64,000 nucleotides of DNA from Candidatus Omnitrophota bacterium. GTDB lineage: Bacteria > Omnitrophota > Gorgyraeia > Zapsychrales > Fredricksoniimonadaceae. A model generated the notes under the pieces. It searched no databases and was not told the origin of the DNA. It worked only from the letters and a program-made list of their open reading frames with translations. A program made the translations under genes and the position numbers. Below, one piece after another: positions 36,929 through 46,825 of the stretch; within the stretch, counting starts at the first letter, position 1, and each line of letters opens with the position of its first letter. Where the stretch lies: NCBI GenBank assembly GCA_903908245.1, contig CAIVRE010000006.1, forward strand, positions 85,951 to 149,950. The letters run 5' to 3'.

Positions 36929-38545
36929 TCAAGAATAAAGCTGATGGCGCATATCCTTCAGGCGCTCGTCGGAAAGATAATCATCGAAATTGGTCCCCGC
37001 GCGGTCAATACAACCCTTGGGCGTTATCTCAATGATACGGTTGGCCACCGTTGAAACCAGCGTGTGGTCATGGGAAGAGAAAAGAACGGTGCCTTTGAAG
37101 CGCTCCAGCCCTTTATTCAAAGCGGAAATAGATTCAAGGTCCAGGTGATTCGTGGGCTCATCCATCACCAGGACATTGGGTTTAAGGAGCATCATGCGCG
37201 AAAGCATGCAACGCACTTTCTCGCCGCCCGAAAGGACATTGACCTGCTTGAGGGATTCCTCGCCGCTGAAAAGCATTTTGCCCAGGAAGCCGCGGATGAA
37301 CATCTCGCTGGTATCATCCGAATATTGCCGCAACCAGTCAATGATCGTCAGCTCGCTGTCAAAATATCTGGAATTGTCTTTCGGGAAATACGCCCGCTTG
37401 GTGGAAGCGCCCCACTTGAACGACCCGACATCCGCGGACATTTCCCCCATCAGGATCTGGAAAAGCGTCGTCTTCACAAGGTCATTCGGACCGACAAAAG
37501 CGACCTTGTCCCCTTTTTCAATATTGATATTCAATTTGGGGAACAACGGCTGCCCATCCACCAGCCTGGACAAACCGTCGATCGAAAGAAGGTCATTGCC
37601 GGCTTCGCGCTCCTGCTCGAATCCGACGAACGGATATTTCCGCGAAGATGGCTCGATCTGTTCAATGGTCAGCTTCTCGAGCATCTTCTTGCGGGTGGTC
37701 GCCTGCTTGGATTTGGAAAGGTTGGCGGAAAACCGCGCGATGAATTCCTGCAGCTCCTTGCGCTTGTCTTCTTTCTTCTTGTTATCCTCGGAACGCTGAC
37801 GCAGGGCCAGCTGGCTCGACTCGGACCAGAACGTATAATTCCCGGTATAAAGCTTGATCTTGCCGAAATCGATATCGGCGATCATCGTGCAAACATTGTC
37901 CAGGAAATGGCGGTCGTGGGAAACAATAATGGCCGTATTCTCGAACTTGGCCAGGAATTCTTCCAGCCACAGGCAGGTCTCGACATCCAGGTGGTTGGTG
38001 GGCTCGTCCAATAACAGGACATCAGGGCTGCCGAAAAGGGCCTGCGCCAACAGCACGCGCACCTTCTGGCCGCCTTCCAGCTGTTTCATCGGTACAGCAT
38101 GCAATCCCTCGGCGACTCCCAGGTCATTCAAAAGTTTTGCGGCATCGGATTCGGCGGTCCAGCCGTTAAGGTCGGAAAATTCGCCCTCAAGTTCGGAAGC
38201 GCGCATGCCGTCGGCATCCGAAAAATCCGCCTTGGCGTAAATGGCGTCTTTTTCAGCCATCACATCAAAAAGGCGTTTGTGCCCCATCATCACCGTCATC
38301 AGCGGCGTAAGATCATCAAACGCGAACTGGTCCTGCTTAAGGACCGAGATACGCTGGCCCGGCGTAATGGCAACCTCGCCCTCCGTGGAATCAATCTCGC
38401 CTGAAAGGACCTTCAGGAACGTGGACTTGCCGGAACCGTTGGCACCGATAAGCCCGTAACAATTCCCGGGCGTGAATGTAATATTGACGCCGGAAAATAA
38501 TTTGCGTGAGCCGAACTGAAGGGAAACATTATTGACAGTGATCAT
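36929..38545 (-). CDS. ABC-F family ATPase (two tandem ABC domains, no TMD; EttA/Uup-like translation factor).
   Basis: Two Walker A motifs (GANGSGKST, GPNDLVKTT) and two ABC signatures (LEGGQKVR, LSGGEKVR) are present. No membrane domain is present. Confidence 0.85.
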   Translation of the reverse strand: MITVNNVSLQFGSRKLFSGVNITFTPGNCYGLIGANGSGKSTFLKVLSGEIDSTEGEVAITPGQRISVLKQDQFAFDDLTPLMTVMMGHKRLFDVMAEKDAIYAKADFSDADGMRASELEGEFSDLNGWTAESDAAKLLNDLGVAEGLHAVPMKQLEGGQKVRVLLAQALFGSPDVLLLDEPTNHLDVETCLWLEEFLAKFENTAIIVSHDRHFLDNVCTMIADIDFGKIKLYTGNYTFWSESSQLALRQRSEDNKKKEDKRKELQEFIARFSANLSKSKQATTRKKMLEKLTIEQIEPSSRKYPFVGFEQEREAGNDLLSIDGLSRLVDGQPLFPKLNINIEKGDKVAFVGPNDLVKTTLFQILMGEMSADVGSFKWGASTKRAYFPKDNSRYFDSELTIIDWLRQYSDDTSEMFIRGFLGKMLFSGEESLKQVNVLSGGEKVRCMLSRMMLLKPNVLVMDEPTNHLDLESISALNKGLERFKGTVLFSSHDHTLVSTVANRIIEITPKGCIDRAGTNFDDYLSDERLKDMRHQLYS

Positions 38546-38647
38546 AAGGGCGGAATTATAACACGATGTTCAGGAAAGGAAAGAAAAAACCTGCTCCACC
38601 CCGGGGGCGAAGAAGAACGCTTCTTCACCCCCGGGGTAGGGGAGGTT

Positions 38648-40981
38648 TTATTTAAAATTGATCTGCCCGCTGCCATCGACAGGCTGGGAATGATCATAAT
38701 AAACATCATCCACAGGAACAGGCTGACGCTGCGGTTGCGGATCAATGCTGCGGGCCGTCTCGACCAAACTGACAAATTCGGCGCGCAGCCCTTCGGGATC
38801 GTTCCCGATATTGTTACGGGCATTGCTCAGGACATGCTCATAGGACGCATACCCCCTGTTGTCGGAACCGCGCAACAGCATCCCGAACTCCGCCACGGAA
38901 GTCGCCCAGGCGAAATCCCCCTTGGGATACGGGGCATAATCCCCGCGTTTCACTGTTTTAGCGATAAGCTTGCTGGTATTCCCGTCGGGATCCTTATAAC
39001 GGAGCTTCACCGTAGCGATCTCACTGTTGTTCCCCGGACGGGTAACGATCAAAGGCTTCTGCCGGTATTTGAGCGGATCAACATTCGGGCCGACAGAAGA
39101 CGGCCATTCGAAACTCCCTGCCGGAACGATCTCATAAAGCGCGGTCACGGTATGCCCCGCGCCGATCTCGCCGGCATCTTTCCTGTCATTATTGAAGTCT
39201 TCCTTGGCCATCACGCGCTTCTCGTAACCGATCAAACGGTAGGACTTGACCAGCGCCGGATTGAATTCGACCTGGATCTTCACATCCTTGGCGATCGTAA
39301 AAAGCGTTGATCCAAGCTCACTCACCAGGACCTTGCGGGCTTCCTGCAAGCTGTCGATATAAGAATAATTGCCGTTCCCCTTGTCGGCAAGGGCCTGCAT
39401 GCGATTATCCTTGAGGTTAGCCTCGCCAAAACCAAGCACCGTCAGAAAAATACCGTCACGACGACGCTCCTCGATCATCCGCTCCAGTTCCGTGACGCTG
39501 GAAGCTCCGACATTGAAATCCCCGTCGGTCGCCAGGATAACACGGTTATTCCCACCCGGGATAAAACTCTGCCGGGCCACCTGATACGCCAGCTGGATCC
39601 CCTCACCACCGGCCGTAGAACCTTCGGCACGTAAACTTTCGATGGCCCCGATGATACTGCGCTTGTCCGCTCCCGTGGTGGGTGCAAGCAACTGATGGGC
39701 ACTGCTGGCATAAAACACGATAGAAACATAATCTTGCGGACGAAGCTGCTGGACCATCATCTTGAGGCCTTCCTTGAGCAGGGGCAGCTTGTTCGCGTCC
39801 GCCATTGACCCCGACACGTCGATCAGAAAAACCAGGTTACTGGACGGGAGGCTTGATCCGGACGGGACCTTTCCTTTCAGGCCAATCCGCATCAGCTGAT
39901 GGCCGGGCGCCCACGGGCAGGCCGCGAGGTCGGTCGTAATAGAGAACGACTGGCCGAACCAGGGCTGAGGATAATCGTAAGAAAAATAATTGACCATTTC
40001 CTCAATGCGCACAGCATCCTCAGGTGGCATCTGGCGCTGGGACAAAAAGCGGCGGACATTGCTGTAAGACGCCGTATCAACATCAGCCGAGAGCGTGGAG
40101 AGCGGGTCATTCGCCGCGTCAAAGAAAGAATTCTCCTCGATCCGCTTGTACTCCTCGGTATTGCCCGGGGCATACTGGATATTCTGGCTGGACGGATAAT
40201 ATTCCCGCGAATACGCCTGGACCAAAGACCGGTCATACGCCATCCGGGAACCATCCACATTCCCGCCATACCCATACCCGTTTCTCGCCATCGGCATGGA
40301 CTTGGCGCTAAGTTCGGCGTCCGCGAAAGCAGCACGATTATTAACAACACTCGTAGAATAATACGGCTCATACTGCACGCTTTTCCCCGCAACGGACGCA
40401 AGCGCGACCACATTCCCCTTCTCCTGCAATGCCCCGGAACCCCAAGAACCACGGCGGACATCCTTATCCTTCCTGAAAGAAGAAGTGGCAAATTGATCCC
40501 CTATATCATCCGAAGACGACTTCAACCTTCCCTGAACACCCCGGCTTAACATATTCGGCATCCAGTCGACCGCCTCGCTTTTCTTGAACGCGATCTGTTC
40601 CTGCGGTTTCATCGGGACCGCGGCCGTCATCTCGATCGTTGAGGCATCCCTCAAACGGCCCTGTATCCCATGACGCGCATAATTATCAAATACCAACACC
40701 ACGACCAATACGGTCGCGGCCACAGCGGCACCTTTTTTCCAATAAGCTGGTTTCATACTTCCCTCCTTGTGGACTGCTGCAAAGACCTTAAGTTCTGCAT
40801 CGGGAGAGAGAGTTTCATCGGGTATCATTCCCAAAGACGAGGATATTTTCCTGAGCTCTTCGAAATAAGTCCGGCATTCGGCCCGTTCAAGCAAAAGCTT
40901 CTCGGCCTGGGCGGCTTCCTCGGGGGAAACCTCTCCATCGGCATAAGCAGAGAGCAGTATTTTCCAGTCTTGAGCGTTCAT
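38648..40981 (-). CDS. Anti-sigma factor / von Willebrand factor type A fusion (YfbK-like) membrane protein.
   Basis: The N-terminal anti-sigma motif YADGEVSPEEAAQAEKLLLERAECR is followed by a TM segment. The VWA MIDAS region VFLIDVSGSM...TAGGEGI is present. There is a 4-nt overlap with the ECF sigma gene. Confidence 0.7.
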   Translation of the reverse strand: MNAQDWKILLSAYADGEVSPEEAAQAEKLLLERAECRTYFEELRKISSSLGMIPDETLSPDAELKVFAAVHKEGSMKPAYWKKGAAVAATVLVVVLVFDNYARHGIQGRLRDASTIEMTAAVPMKPQEQIAFKKSEAVDWMPNMLSRGVQGRLKSSSDDIGDQFATSSFRKDKDVRRGSWGSGALQEKGNVVALASVAGKSVQYEPYYSTSVVNNRAAFADAELSAKSMPMARNGYGYGGNVDGSRMAYDRSLVQAYSREYYPSSQNIQYAPGNTEEYKRIEENSFFDAANDPLSTLSADVDTASYSNVRRFLSQRQMPPEDAVRIEEMVNYFSYDYPQPWFGQSFSITTDLAACPWAPGHQLMRIGLKGKVPSGSSLPSSNLVFLIDVSGSMADANKLPLLKEGLKMMVQQLRPQDYVSIVFYASSAHQLLAPTTGADKRSIIGAIESLRAEGSTAGGEGIQLAYQVARQSFIPGGNNRVILATDGDFNVGASSVTELERMIEERRRDGIFLTVLGFGEANLKDNRMQALADKGNGNYSYIDSLQEARKVLVSELGSTLFTIAKDVKIQVEFNPALVKSYRLIGYEKRVMAKEDFNNDRKDAGEIGAGHTVTALYEIVPAGSFEWPSSVGPNVDPLKYRQKPLIVTRPGNNSEIATVKLRYKDPDGNTSKLIAKTVKRGDYAPYPKGDFAWATSVAEFGMLLRGSDNRGYASYEHVLSNARNNIGNDPEGLRAEFVSLVETARSIDPQPQRQPVPVDDVYYDHSQPVDGSGQINFK

Positions 40982-41559
40982 TGGCCTTCCTCCGTGATCA
41001 TCGGGCCCAGTTCCTCCCGCAGCCGTTCACGGCCGCGGAAGATCAGGACCTTGACCTTTTCGAGCGAACATTCCAGGATCTGGGCGATCGCGGCATAATC
41101 CTTCTGAAAATATTCCCTGAGGATCAATGCCTCTTTCTGCTCGACCGGCAGCTTGAAAAGCGCCTGCCTGACCACTTGCGCTAATTCCTTCTTTCCGAGT
41201 TCAGCGCCCGGTGGTGCACTGTCATCGGGGATATCCCATTGCTTATATCCGCCATCGGCATTATCCTTGAACCACAAGGATACAAAATGTTTTGCCGAGC
41301 GCATCCGTGACAGGCAGGCGTTCCTGGCTACCGTAAAGAGCCAGGTCACAAGCTTGGCCCTTCCGTCATCCTGGAACTTTCTGTTAAAGAGCTGGACGAA
41401 CACGTCACTGGTGACATCCTCCGCATCCGCGCGGCTTCCTGTCAGGCGAAAGGCAAAGTTGAAGATCCTGCCCTTGTGCCTCTGGAAGAGCGCCTCGAAG
41501 GCGCCTGCATCACCCGAATTGTAACCGAGCCACAATTCTTCGTCCGTTTGTTCCATCAT
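40978..41559 (-). CDS. ECF-subfamily RNA polymerase sigma-70 factor.
   Basis: Region 2 (FEALFQRHKGRIFNFAFRLTG) and region 4 are present. It is 193 aa. Confidence 0.85.
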   Translation of the reverse strand: MMEQTDEELWLGYNSGDAGAFEALFQRHKGRIFNFAFRLTGSRADAEDVTSDVFVQLFNRKFQDDGRAKLVTWLFTVARNACLSRMRSAKHFVSLWFKDNADGGYKQWDIPDDSAPPGAELGKKELAQVVRQALFKLPVEQKEALILREYFQKDYAAIAQILECSLEKVKVLIFRGRERLREELGPMITEEGQ

Positions 41560-41616
41560 CCTTATCCTCTTTGGGAACTGCCCTTGGCTAGCACTTTAAG
41601 CTGTCCCCTGATCCGC

Positions 41617-41652
41617 GGCCCCTGCAGGGGCCTTTCTCTCTTCTGTCCTTTA
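41617..41652 (+). terminator. Intrinsic-terminator-like GC-rich palindrome followed by a T-rich run, on the plus strand, with no plus-strand gene upstream.
   Basis: The perfect 16-nt palindrome ggcccctgcaggggcc (41617-41632) is followed by tttctctcttctgtccttta. Confidence 0.35.
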
Positions 41653-41715
41653 AACGCTCAACAAGGCAAAAAGTTACAGATTATTTTGAAAAACCTGATG
41701 TGTTGTCCCGGCTCT

Positions 41716-42399
41716 TTATATTAAATCCAGCGCAGGCCCGTTTGTTTTCAACCATTTACGGCAGCGGTCCGCATCGGGATAAAGAGCTCTCACCCTCCCC
41801 CAGAACCGCGAAGAATGGTCGCAATGATCAAGATGCGCCAGTTCATGAACAACCACATAATCGATCACGTCCAACGGCGCCATGACCAGCCGCCAGCTGA
41901 AACTCAAGCTCCCCTGCGCACTGCACGACCCCCAGCGCCTGCGCGCACCAGTGATCCTGAGTTCCTGATAACGGAACCCGTCTCTTTGTGCAAAGAGAGC
42001 AACACGTTCCGTAATAATACGCCGCGCTTCACGCTTATACCACCAGACAAACAACTCTTTCGCCCTGGCCCTTTCACGGGAACTTAACACAAACCCGTCC
42101 TCAAAACAGAATGACCCTTTGATATCATCGGAGATCCGCAGTCCATACTCGTGGCCAAGATACAAGAACCGCTCCCCCTCAACGAACTGTTTGACACCGG
42201 CTGACGGACGGGCCTTCTGCTCAAGGATCTTCCGGTTGATCCAGCGGATCTTTTCACCGATAAGGATTTCGATACGCGACAGCGGCATCTGCAACGGCGC
42301 GCGGACGGTCAGGACAGCATCGGTCGAGATCACAAGCGCGGCCGTACGTCGGCGGGAACGGACAAGGGTGTATTCGATCCCCGCCCCTTCCGCCCTCAT
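41716..42399 (-). CDS. YgjP-like metal-dependent hydrolase (DUF45, M48/WLM-like zincin).
   Basis: HELAHLDHCDHSSRFW carries HExxH. The family size is typical. Confidence 0.65.
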   Translation of the reverse strand: MRAEGAGIEYTLVRSRRRTAALVISTDAVLTVRAPLQMPLSRIEILIGEKIRWINRKILEQKARPSAGVKQFVEGERFLYLGHEYGLRISDDIKGSFCFEDGFVLSSRERARAKELFVWWYKREARRIITERVALFAQRDGFRYQELRITGARRRWGSCSAQGSLSFSWRLVMAPLDVIDYVVVHELAHLDHCDHSSRFWGRVRALYPDADRCRKWLKTNGPALDLI

Positions 42400-43094
42400 G
42401 CTTTTCCCACCAGCGCGGTAAAATATTCAGGGATATCGGATTCGAACGACAACGGCGCTTTTATAACAGGATGTGCAAAAGAAATGGCCTGGGAATGAAG
42501 AGCCAGGCGCGGATATTTTGTATCCGGCCGGCCGTATTTATCGTCGCCGACGACCGAATGGCCTTCATCAGCCAGATGCACACGGATCTGGTTCTTACGG
42601 CCGGTAAGCAAATTGATCTTAAGCAGGGTGAATTTAGGCGACTCTTTAACAACGGTATAAGCGGTATACGCCAGCTTGCCCTCATTGCTGTTCATCGTTG
42701 AATGCATCACATAGTCTTCGTCTTCCACCAGATAGCTCGAGATCTCCCCCGACTTGTGCTCCATCCGCCCGTGAACGACCGCATAATAGGTCTTGATAAC
42801 ATCCTTCCAGTTATCCTTGAGCTGCTGCTGGACACGCTCGCTCTTGGCAAAGATCAAGAGACCCGATGTCGCCTGATCAAGCCGATGGACCACGAACACC
42901 ACTTTGTTCGACCTGGAATTGCCCTTGCGCACATATTGATTGAGCAGATTATGGACCGTATGCTGACGCTCCCACAACGCGCCCACCGTAAGCAACCCGG
43001 GGGCTTTCTCCCCGACGATCAAATGATCGTCCTCATAAATGATCTCAAAACCCTTGGGCTGGTATTTCCTGGGGATCTTCGTCCTAACGGTCAT
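42396..43094 (-). CDS. RluA-family pseudouridine synthase.
   Basis: HRLDQATSGLLIFAKS carries the catalytic Asp motif. Confidence 0.8.
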   Translation of the reverse strand: MTVRTKIPRKYQPKGFEIIYEDDHLIVGEKAPGLLTVGALWERQHTVHNLLNQYVRKGNSRSNKVVFVVHRLDQATSGLLIFAKSERVQQQLKDNWKDVIKTYYAVVHGRMEHKSGEISSYLVEDEDYVMHSTMNSNEGKLAYTAYTVVKESPKFTLLKINLLTGRKNQIRVHLADEGHSVVGDDKYGRPDTKYPRLALHSQAISFAHPVIKAPLSFESDIPEYFTALVGKA

Positions 43095-43130
43095 GATCGT
43101 CTGGTCGCCGGGCGAGGCGCCGCCTCGCCC

Positions 43131-46100
43131 CTACTCCTTGATGTCCAATAAGAATTTCATGTCATCCCATCCGAGCGTTTTGGATATGCCGTCTTCCGAC
43201 AGGACCAGCGCGCTCATGAGGAACTTCTTGCGCTCCTGAAGTTCCAGGATCTTTTCCTCAATAGTACCGCGGGCGACCAGATGATAGGCCACCACCGGCC
43301 TCTTCTGCCCGATACGGTGCGTGCGGTCAATGGCCTGCTGTTCAACCGCCGGATTCCACCACGGCTCATAAAGGATAACAGTATCCGCCGAAGTCAGGTT
43401 AAGCCCAAGGCCGCCCGTCTTGAGGCTAAGCAGAAAAACCTGCACCGCGGGGTCGCTGTTAAAATGCTCCACCCTCTTCTGGCGGTCCTTGGTGCTGCCG
43501 TCCATATACTCGAAAACGATCTTCTCGCGGGTCAAATGATCACGGATGATATCAAGCATCCCGACGAACTGGCTAAACACAAGGACCCGATGGCCTGACG
43601 AAAGGATCTCTCCGAGCATTTCCTTTAAAAGATCGGTCTTGGCCGAAATGCCGATGCGGTGTTTGAGCTTTACCCCCGCCAGCTCCGGATGACAGCAGAT
43701 CTGCCGCAAACGCAGGATCAGGGTCAGGATCAGCATACGGCTGCCCTGCAAACCTTTGGAACGATAGGCATTGACCGCCTCGACACGCGCCTTATCCGCC
43801 ATCGCGGCATAGATCCTGGCCTGTGCCGGCTCCAGCTCACAAAAGGACGTCTGTTCGATCTTTTCCGGAAGCTCCTTGATCACATCCTGTTTCATCCGGC
43901 GAAAAACGAACGGCGCGATCCGGCGGGACAGCTCACGCAGCTTGTCGGTACTGCGCTCCTGCGTAATAGGGACCTCATACACTTCCCGAAAACGCTCATA
44001 ATCTCCCAGGAATGAGGGCATCAGAAAATCAAAAATAGACCAGATATCGGCCACGCTGTTCTCCAGCGGGGTCCCTGTAAGCGCGAGGCGCTGATCGGCA
44101 TTGAGCTGTTTGGTCACGCGCGCGCTGATGGTGTGGCGGTTCTTGATATTCTGCGCCTCGTCCAGAATAAGATAATGGAAATGATGCGGATGATAATGTT
44201 CGATATCCCGGCGCAGCAGCGCGTAGGATGTAATGACCACAGCCGCCGCCGGAGCTTCCTGGATCTGCGCACGGCGGTCCTTGCCGCTGATCACCAGGGT
44301 CTTCAAACCCGGCAGGAATTTCCGGATCTCGGCCTCCCAGTTCCACACAAGCGTCGTAGGACATACGACCAGGGACGGTAAAGTGCAGCCCGCTTCAATG
44401 TCACGCTGGATCATGGCCAGGGCCTGGACCGTCTTCCCCAGGCCCATCTCGTCGGCCAAAATGCCGCCGAACCTGAATTTCTTGAGGAATGCCATCCAGC
44501 TTACGCCATGGCGCTGATAATCGCGCAGGACTCCGTCAAGCGATGCCGGAATGGCGGCCGTCTCGATCCCTTTAAAACCCTTGAGTTCTTCATAAAGTTT
44601 TTGCGTCGCCGAATCCAGCTCGACGCCCACCCCCGCGTCTTTAAGTTCATCGAGGACGAACGGGATATGCGCCGGCATCAGGCGGCCTTTATTCTGCGGA
44701 TCATCCAGCAGGCCTGAAACCCGGGCGAAGGCGGCCGCGTCCAGGCGGACGAACTCACCGGTCTTCAGCCGCACGAACTTGCGGTTGGCGGCAAGATGTT
44801 CGGCGAACACCTTCAGCGGAATATCAATATCCTGCCCATCCCGGCTGAAACGGACATCATAAGCGAACCAGTCAATACCGGAACTCGACACCCGCACCCT
44901 CGGGGTAATAAGCGCGTCCGGCTGATACAGCTTCCGGGCCTTATCCGATAAATAAACCTCACCCTCCTGTGCGAGTGCATGCACATGGGCTGATAAAAGT
45001 GCGTACATCCCCTCCGCGGAACCAACCACAAAGCGCCCTTCGCGTCCGTCGGGAATAAGCCCGTAAAGTTTCACAAGGTCCTGGGCGATCCTGTCTTCGC
45101 GCGCGATATCGCGCCGCAAAAGGACTCCGGCCCCGTTCACAACAGCCTCGATATACATCCCCTGGCCGCGGCCGGCATAATGCAATGGCTCGCTGCCATA
45201 AAGGAATACCAGCGACAATACCAGTTCCCCGCGCGCGGCATCGATCTCATAACGGGGCTTCAACACTGGCCGCTCAACACGCAATTCCTGCGCGCCGGGG
45301 TCATCCATGCTTATGTCCGCGAATTTGCCGAGCTTCGGCAGGACGCCGACCAGAAAATGCTGGCGCTCTTCCTCATCGAGGATGCGCTCGGCATTAAGGA
45401 AATACTCCAGGAAGCGGTGTTCGATCTTCGGATGCAGGACACGAAACGCCGTATCCTGAGGATCAAAGACCCATAAACGCCCCCCCGCCAGGATATGGCC
45501 GATCTCAAACCGGCGATCCGGATGCAAAGGATCGACCAGGGACGCACAAACCCCGATCTTCTTTTTGGAAATGGTACGGACCGCCGCCTTTAACCCGATG
45601 GGCGGATCCTGAAGGAACAAAAGCTTCTGATGGCTCTTGATATCCACCATCTCGATGCCCGCCTCACGGCTGATATGCTCGAGCAAAATGGCCAGCTGGA
45701 ACGGCTGGACCCGCCAGTGCGCCCGATGATGGCCTTCGCTGGACTCAGGGATAAACCCGCGGAGCATGGCCAGAAAATGTTCCTGGCCGTGCGTGAACAT
45801 CGCCAGTGACGGGAAAGGATCGTCGGGCCCCTGCCGGTCCGGCGCAAGGAGCTGGTCGATGTCCAGGACCTTTTGCGCCTTTCCCTGATGAAGGACCGAC
45901 AAACTGAAAACGATCCCCCTGGCCGAAACAGCCTGAAGGCTTTTGATCGTAAGGCCCAGCTGAAGAAGGGGGGCATCATCCGCCGCGACAAGAAAATCCT
46001 TGAACGCGGACATATTCTCTGCCGGAGAACCCTCTTCCTCCGCCTCGGGCACATCGGACGTACAAGGCTCGCCGTGATCGATCAGGTACAACAGGACCGC

Positions 46101-46391
46101 CACACCATGTTTACACAACCCGCCCCAATCGGACGGGCATGTACAACGGACCGCCGGAGCGCCCCGCGTGAACGACGCTGTCACCTGATACGGGCGGCGT
46201 TTGGACCCGTCCACCTCGGCCTTGACATACAGCCCCTCCCAAACCAGGGAACGCACCATTCCGGCGCGGTAATACTCTTCCCCGCGCGTGAAGATCACAG
46301 CACCGGATATTTTTTTGACCTGTTGAAATGTTAACGCCATTAATGCTCTTTCCTGTAGCCATGCCAAGTTTGAAATTTTTAATTTTAGCAC
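43131..46391 (-). CDS. SNF2-family helicase/ATPase with an N-terminal SWIM zinc finger.
   Basis: The SWIM finger is CTCPSDWGGLCKHGVAVLL. The helicase motifs are ILADEMGLGKTVQ, LILDEAQNIKN and the C-terminal QAIDRTHRIGQKRPV. Confidence 0.85.
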   Translation of the reverse strand: MLKLKISNLAWLQERALMALTFQQVKKISGAVIFTRGEEYYRAGMVRSLVWEGLYVKAEVDGSKRRPYQVTASFTRGAPAVRCTCPSDWGGLCKHGVAVLLYLIDHGEPCTSDVPEAEEEGSPAENMSAFKDFLVAADDAPLLQLGLTIKSLQAVSARGIVFSLSVLHQGKAQKVLDIDQLLAPDRQGPDDPFPSLAMFTHGQEHFLAMLRGFIPESSEGHHRAHWRVQPFQLAILLEHISREAGIEMVDIKSHQKLLFLQDPPIGLKAAVRTISKKKIGVCASLVDPLHPDRRFEIGHILAGGRLWVFDPQDTAFRVLHPKIEHRFLEYFLNAERILDEEERQHFLVGVLPKLGKFADISMDDPGAQELRVERPVLKPRYEIDAARGELVLSLVFLYGSEPLHYAGRGQGMYIEAVVNGAGVLLRRDIAREDRIAQDLVKLYGLIPDGREGRFVVGSAEGMYALLSAHVHALAQEGEVYLSDKARKLYQPDALITPRVRVSSSGIDWFAYDVRFSRDGQDIDIPLKVFAEHLAANRKFVRLKTGEFVRLDAAAFARVSGLLDDPQNKGRLMPAHIPFVLDELKDAGVGVELDSATQKLYEELKGFKGIETAAIPASLDGVLRDYQRHGVSWMAFLKKFRFGGILADEMGLGKTVQALAMIQRDIEAGCTLPSLVVCPTTLVWNWEAEIRKFLPGLKTLVISGKDRRAQIQEAPAAAVVITSYALLRRDIEHYHPHHFHYLILDEAQNIKNRHTISARVTKQLNADQRLALTGTPLENSVADIWSIFDFLMPSFLGDYERFREVYEVPITQERSTDKLRELSRRIAPFVFRRMKQDVIKELPEKIEQTSFCELEPAQARIYAAMADKARVEAVNAYRSKGLQGSRMLILTLILRLRQICCHPELAGVKLKHRIGISAKTDLLKEMLGEILSSGHRVLVFSQFVGMLDIIRDHLTREKIVFEYMDGSTKDRQKRVEHFNSDPAVQVFLLSLKTGGLGLNLTSADTVILYEPWWNPAVEQQAIDRTHRIGQKRPVVAYHLVARGTIEEKILELQERKKFLMSALVLSEDGISKTLGWDDMKFLLDIKE

Positions 46392-46452
46392 ATCTTCAGC
46401 CGGACAGGTAAAAGTATCTTTTCAAAAGAAGCCCCCAACCCCCTAAAAGCGG

Positions 46453-46480
46453 TTGACAACCACCCGAACTCACTTATAAT
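46453..46480 (+). promoter_or_regulatory. Near-consensus sigma70 promoter (TTGACA, 16-nt spacer, TATAAT) 40 nt upstream of the carrier-protein gene.
   Basis: ttgaca accacccgaactcact tataat. Confidence 0.55.
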
Positions 46481-46519
46481 TTTTTATATCTTTTAAAAAT
46501 ATTTAAAGGAACACTGCCC

Positions 46520-46825
46520 ATGTCCCCCAGAGAAGCTGTCATTTCCGCTATCAAGACCGCGATCAATGATATCAACGAAACACTCCCCCGCGACCGGAAG
46601 ATCGGTCTGGCCGATGATGCAGCGCTCTACGGACCGGCAGGCGTGATCGATTCCCTCACGCTCACGCTTTTGATCGTGGCCGTTGAGCAGAAGATCGAAC
46701 AATCCCTCCACCGGACCATCAGCCTGGTGGACATGTCGATCGTCACCGAAGACAACAACGCTTTCAGGAATATTGCGACCCTGGCCAGCCACATCCTGTC
46801 GCTCATCGGGCCCAACGATCAATGA
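46520..46825 (+). CDS. Small carrier protein (acyl/D-alanyl carrier protein-like, DltC-like).
   Basis: It is 101 aa with GVIDSLTLTLLI, a DSL phosphopantetheine-attachment Ser motif. It is co-located with an MBOAT. Confidence 0.6.
   Translation: MSPREAVISAIKTAINDINETLPRDRKIGLADDAALYGPAGVIDSLTLTLLIVAVEQKIEQSLHRTISLVDMSIVTEDNNAFRNIATLASHILSLIGPNDQ

Noticed and set aside
37064-38014. 316-aa and 215-aa plus-strand ORFs.
   Set aside because: They are antisense to the ABC-F ATPase gene, which carries two full Walker A / signature sets.
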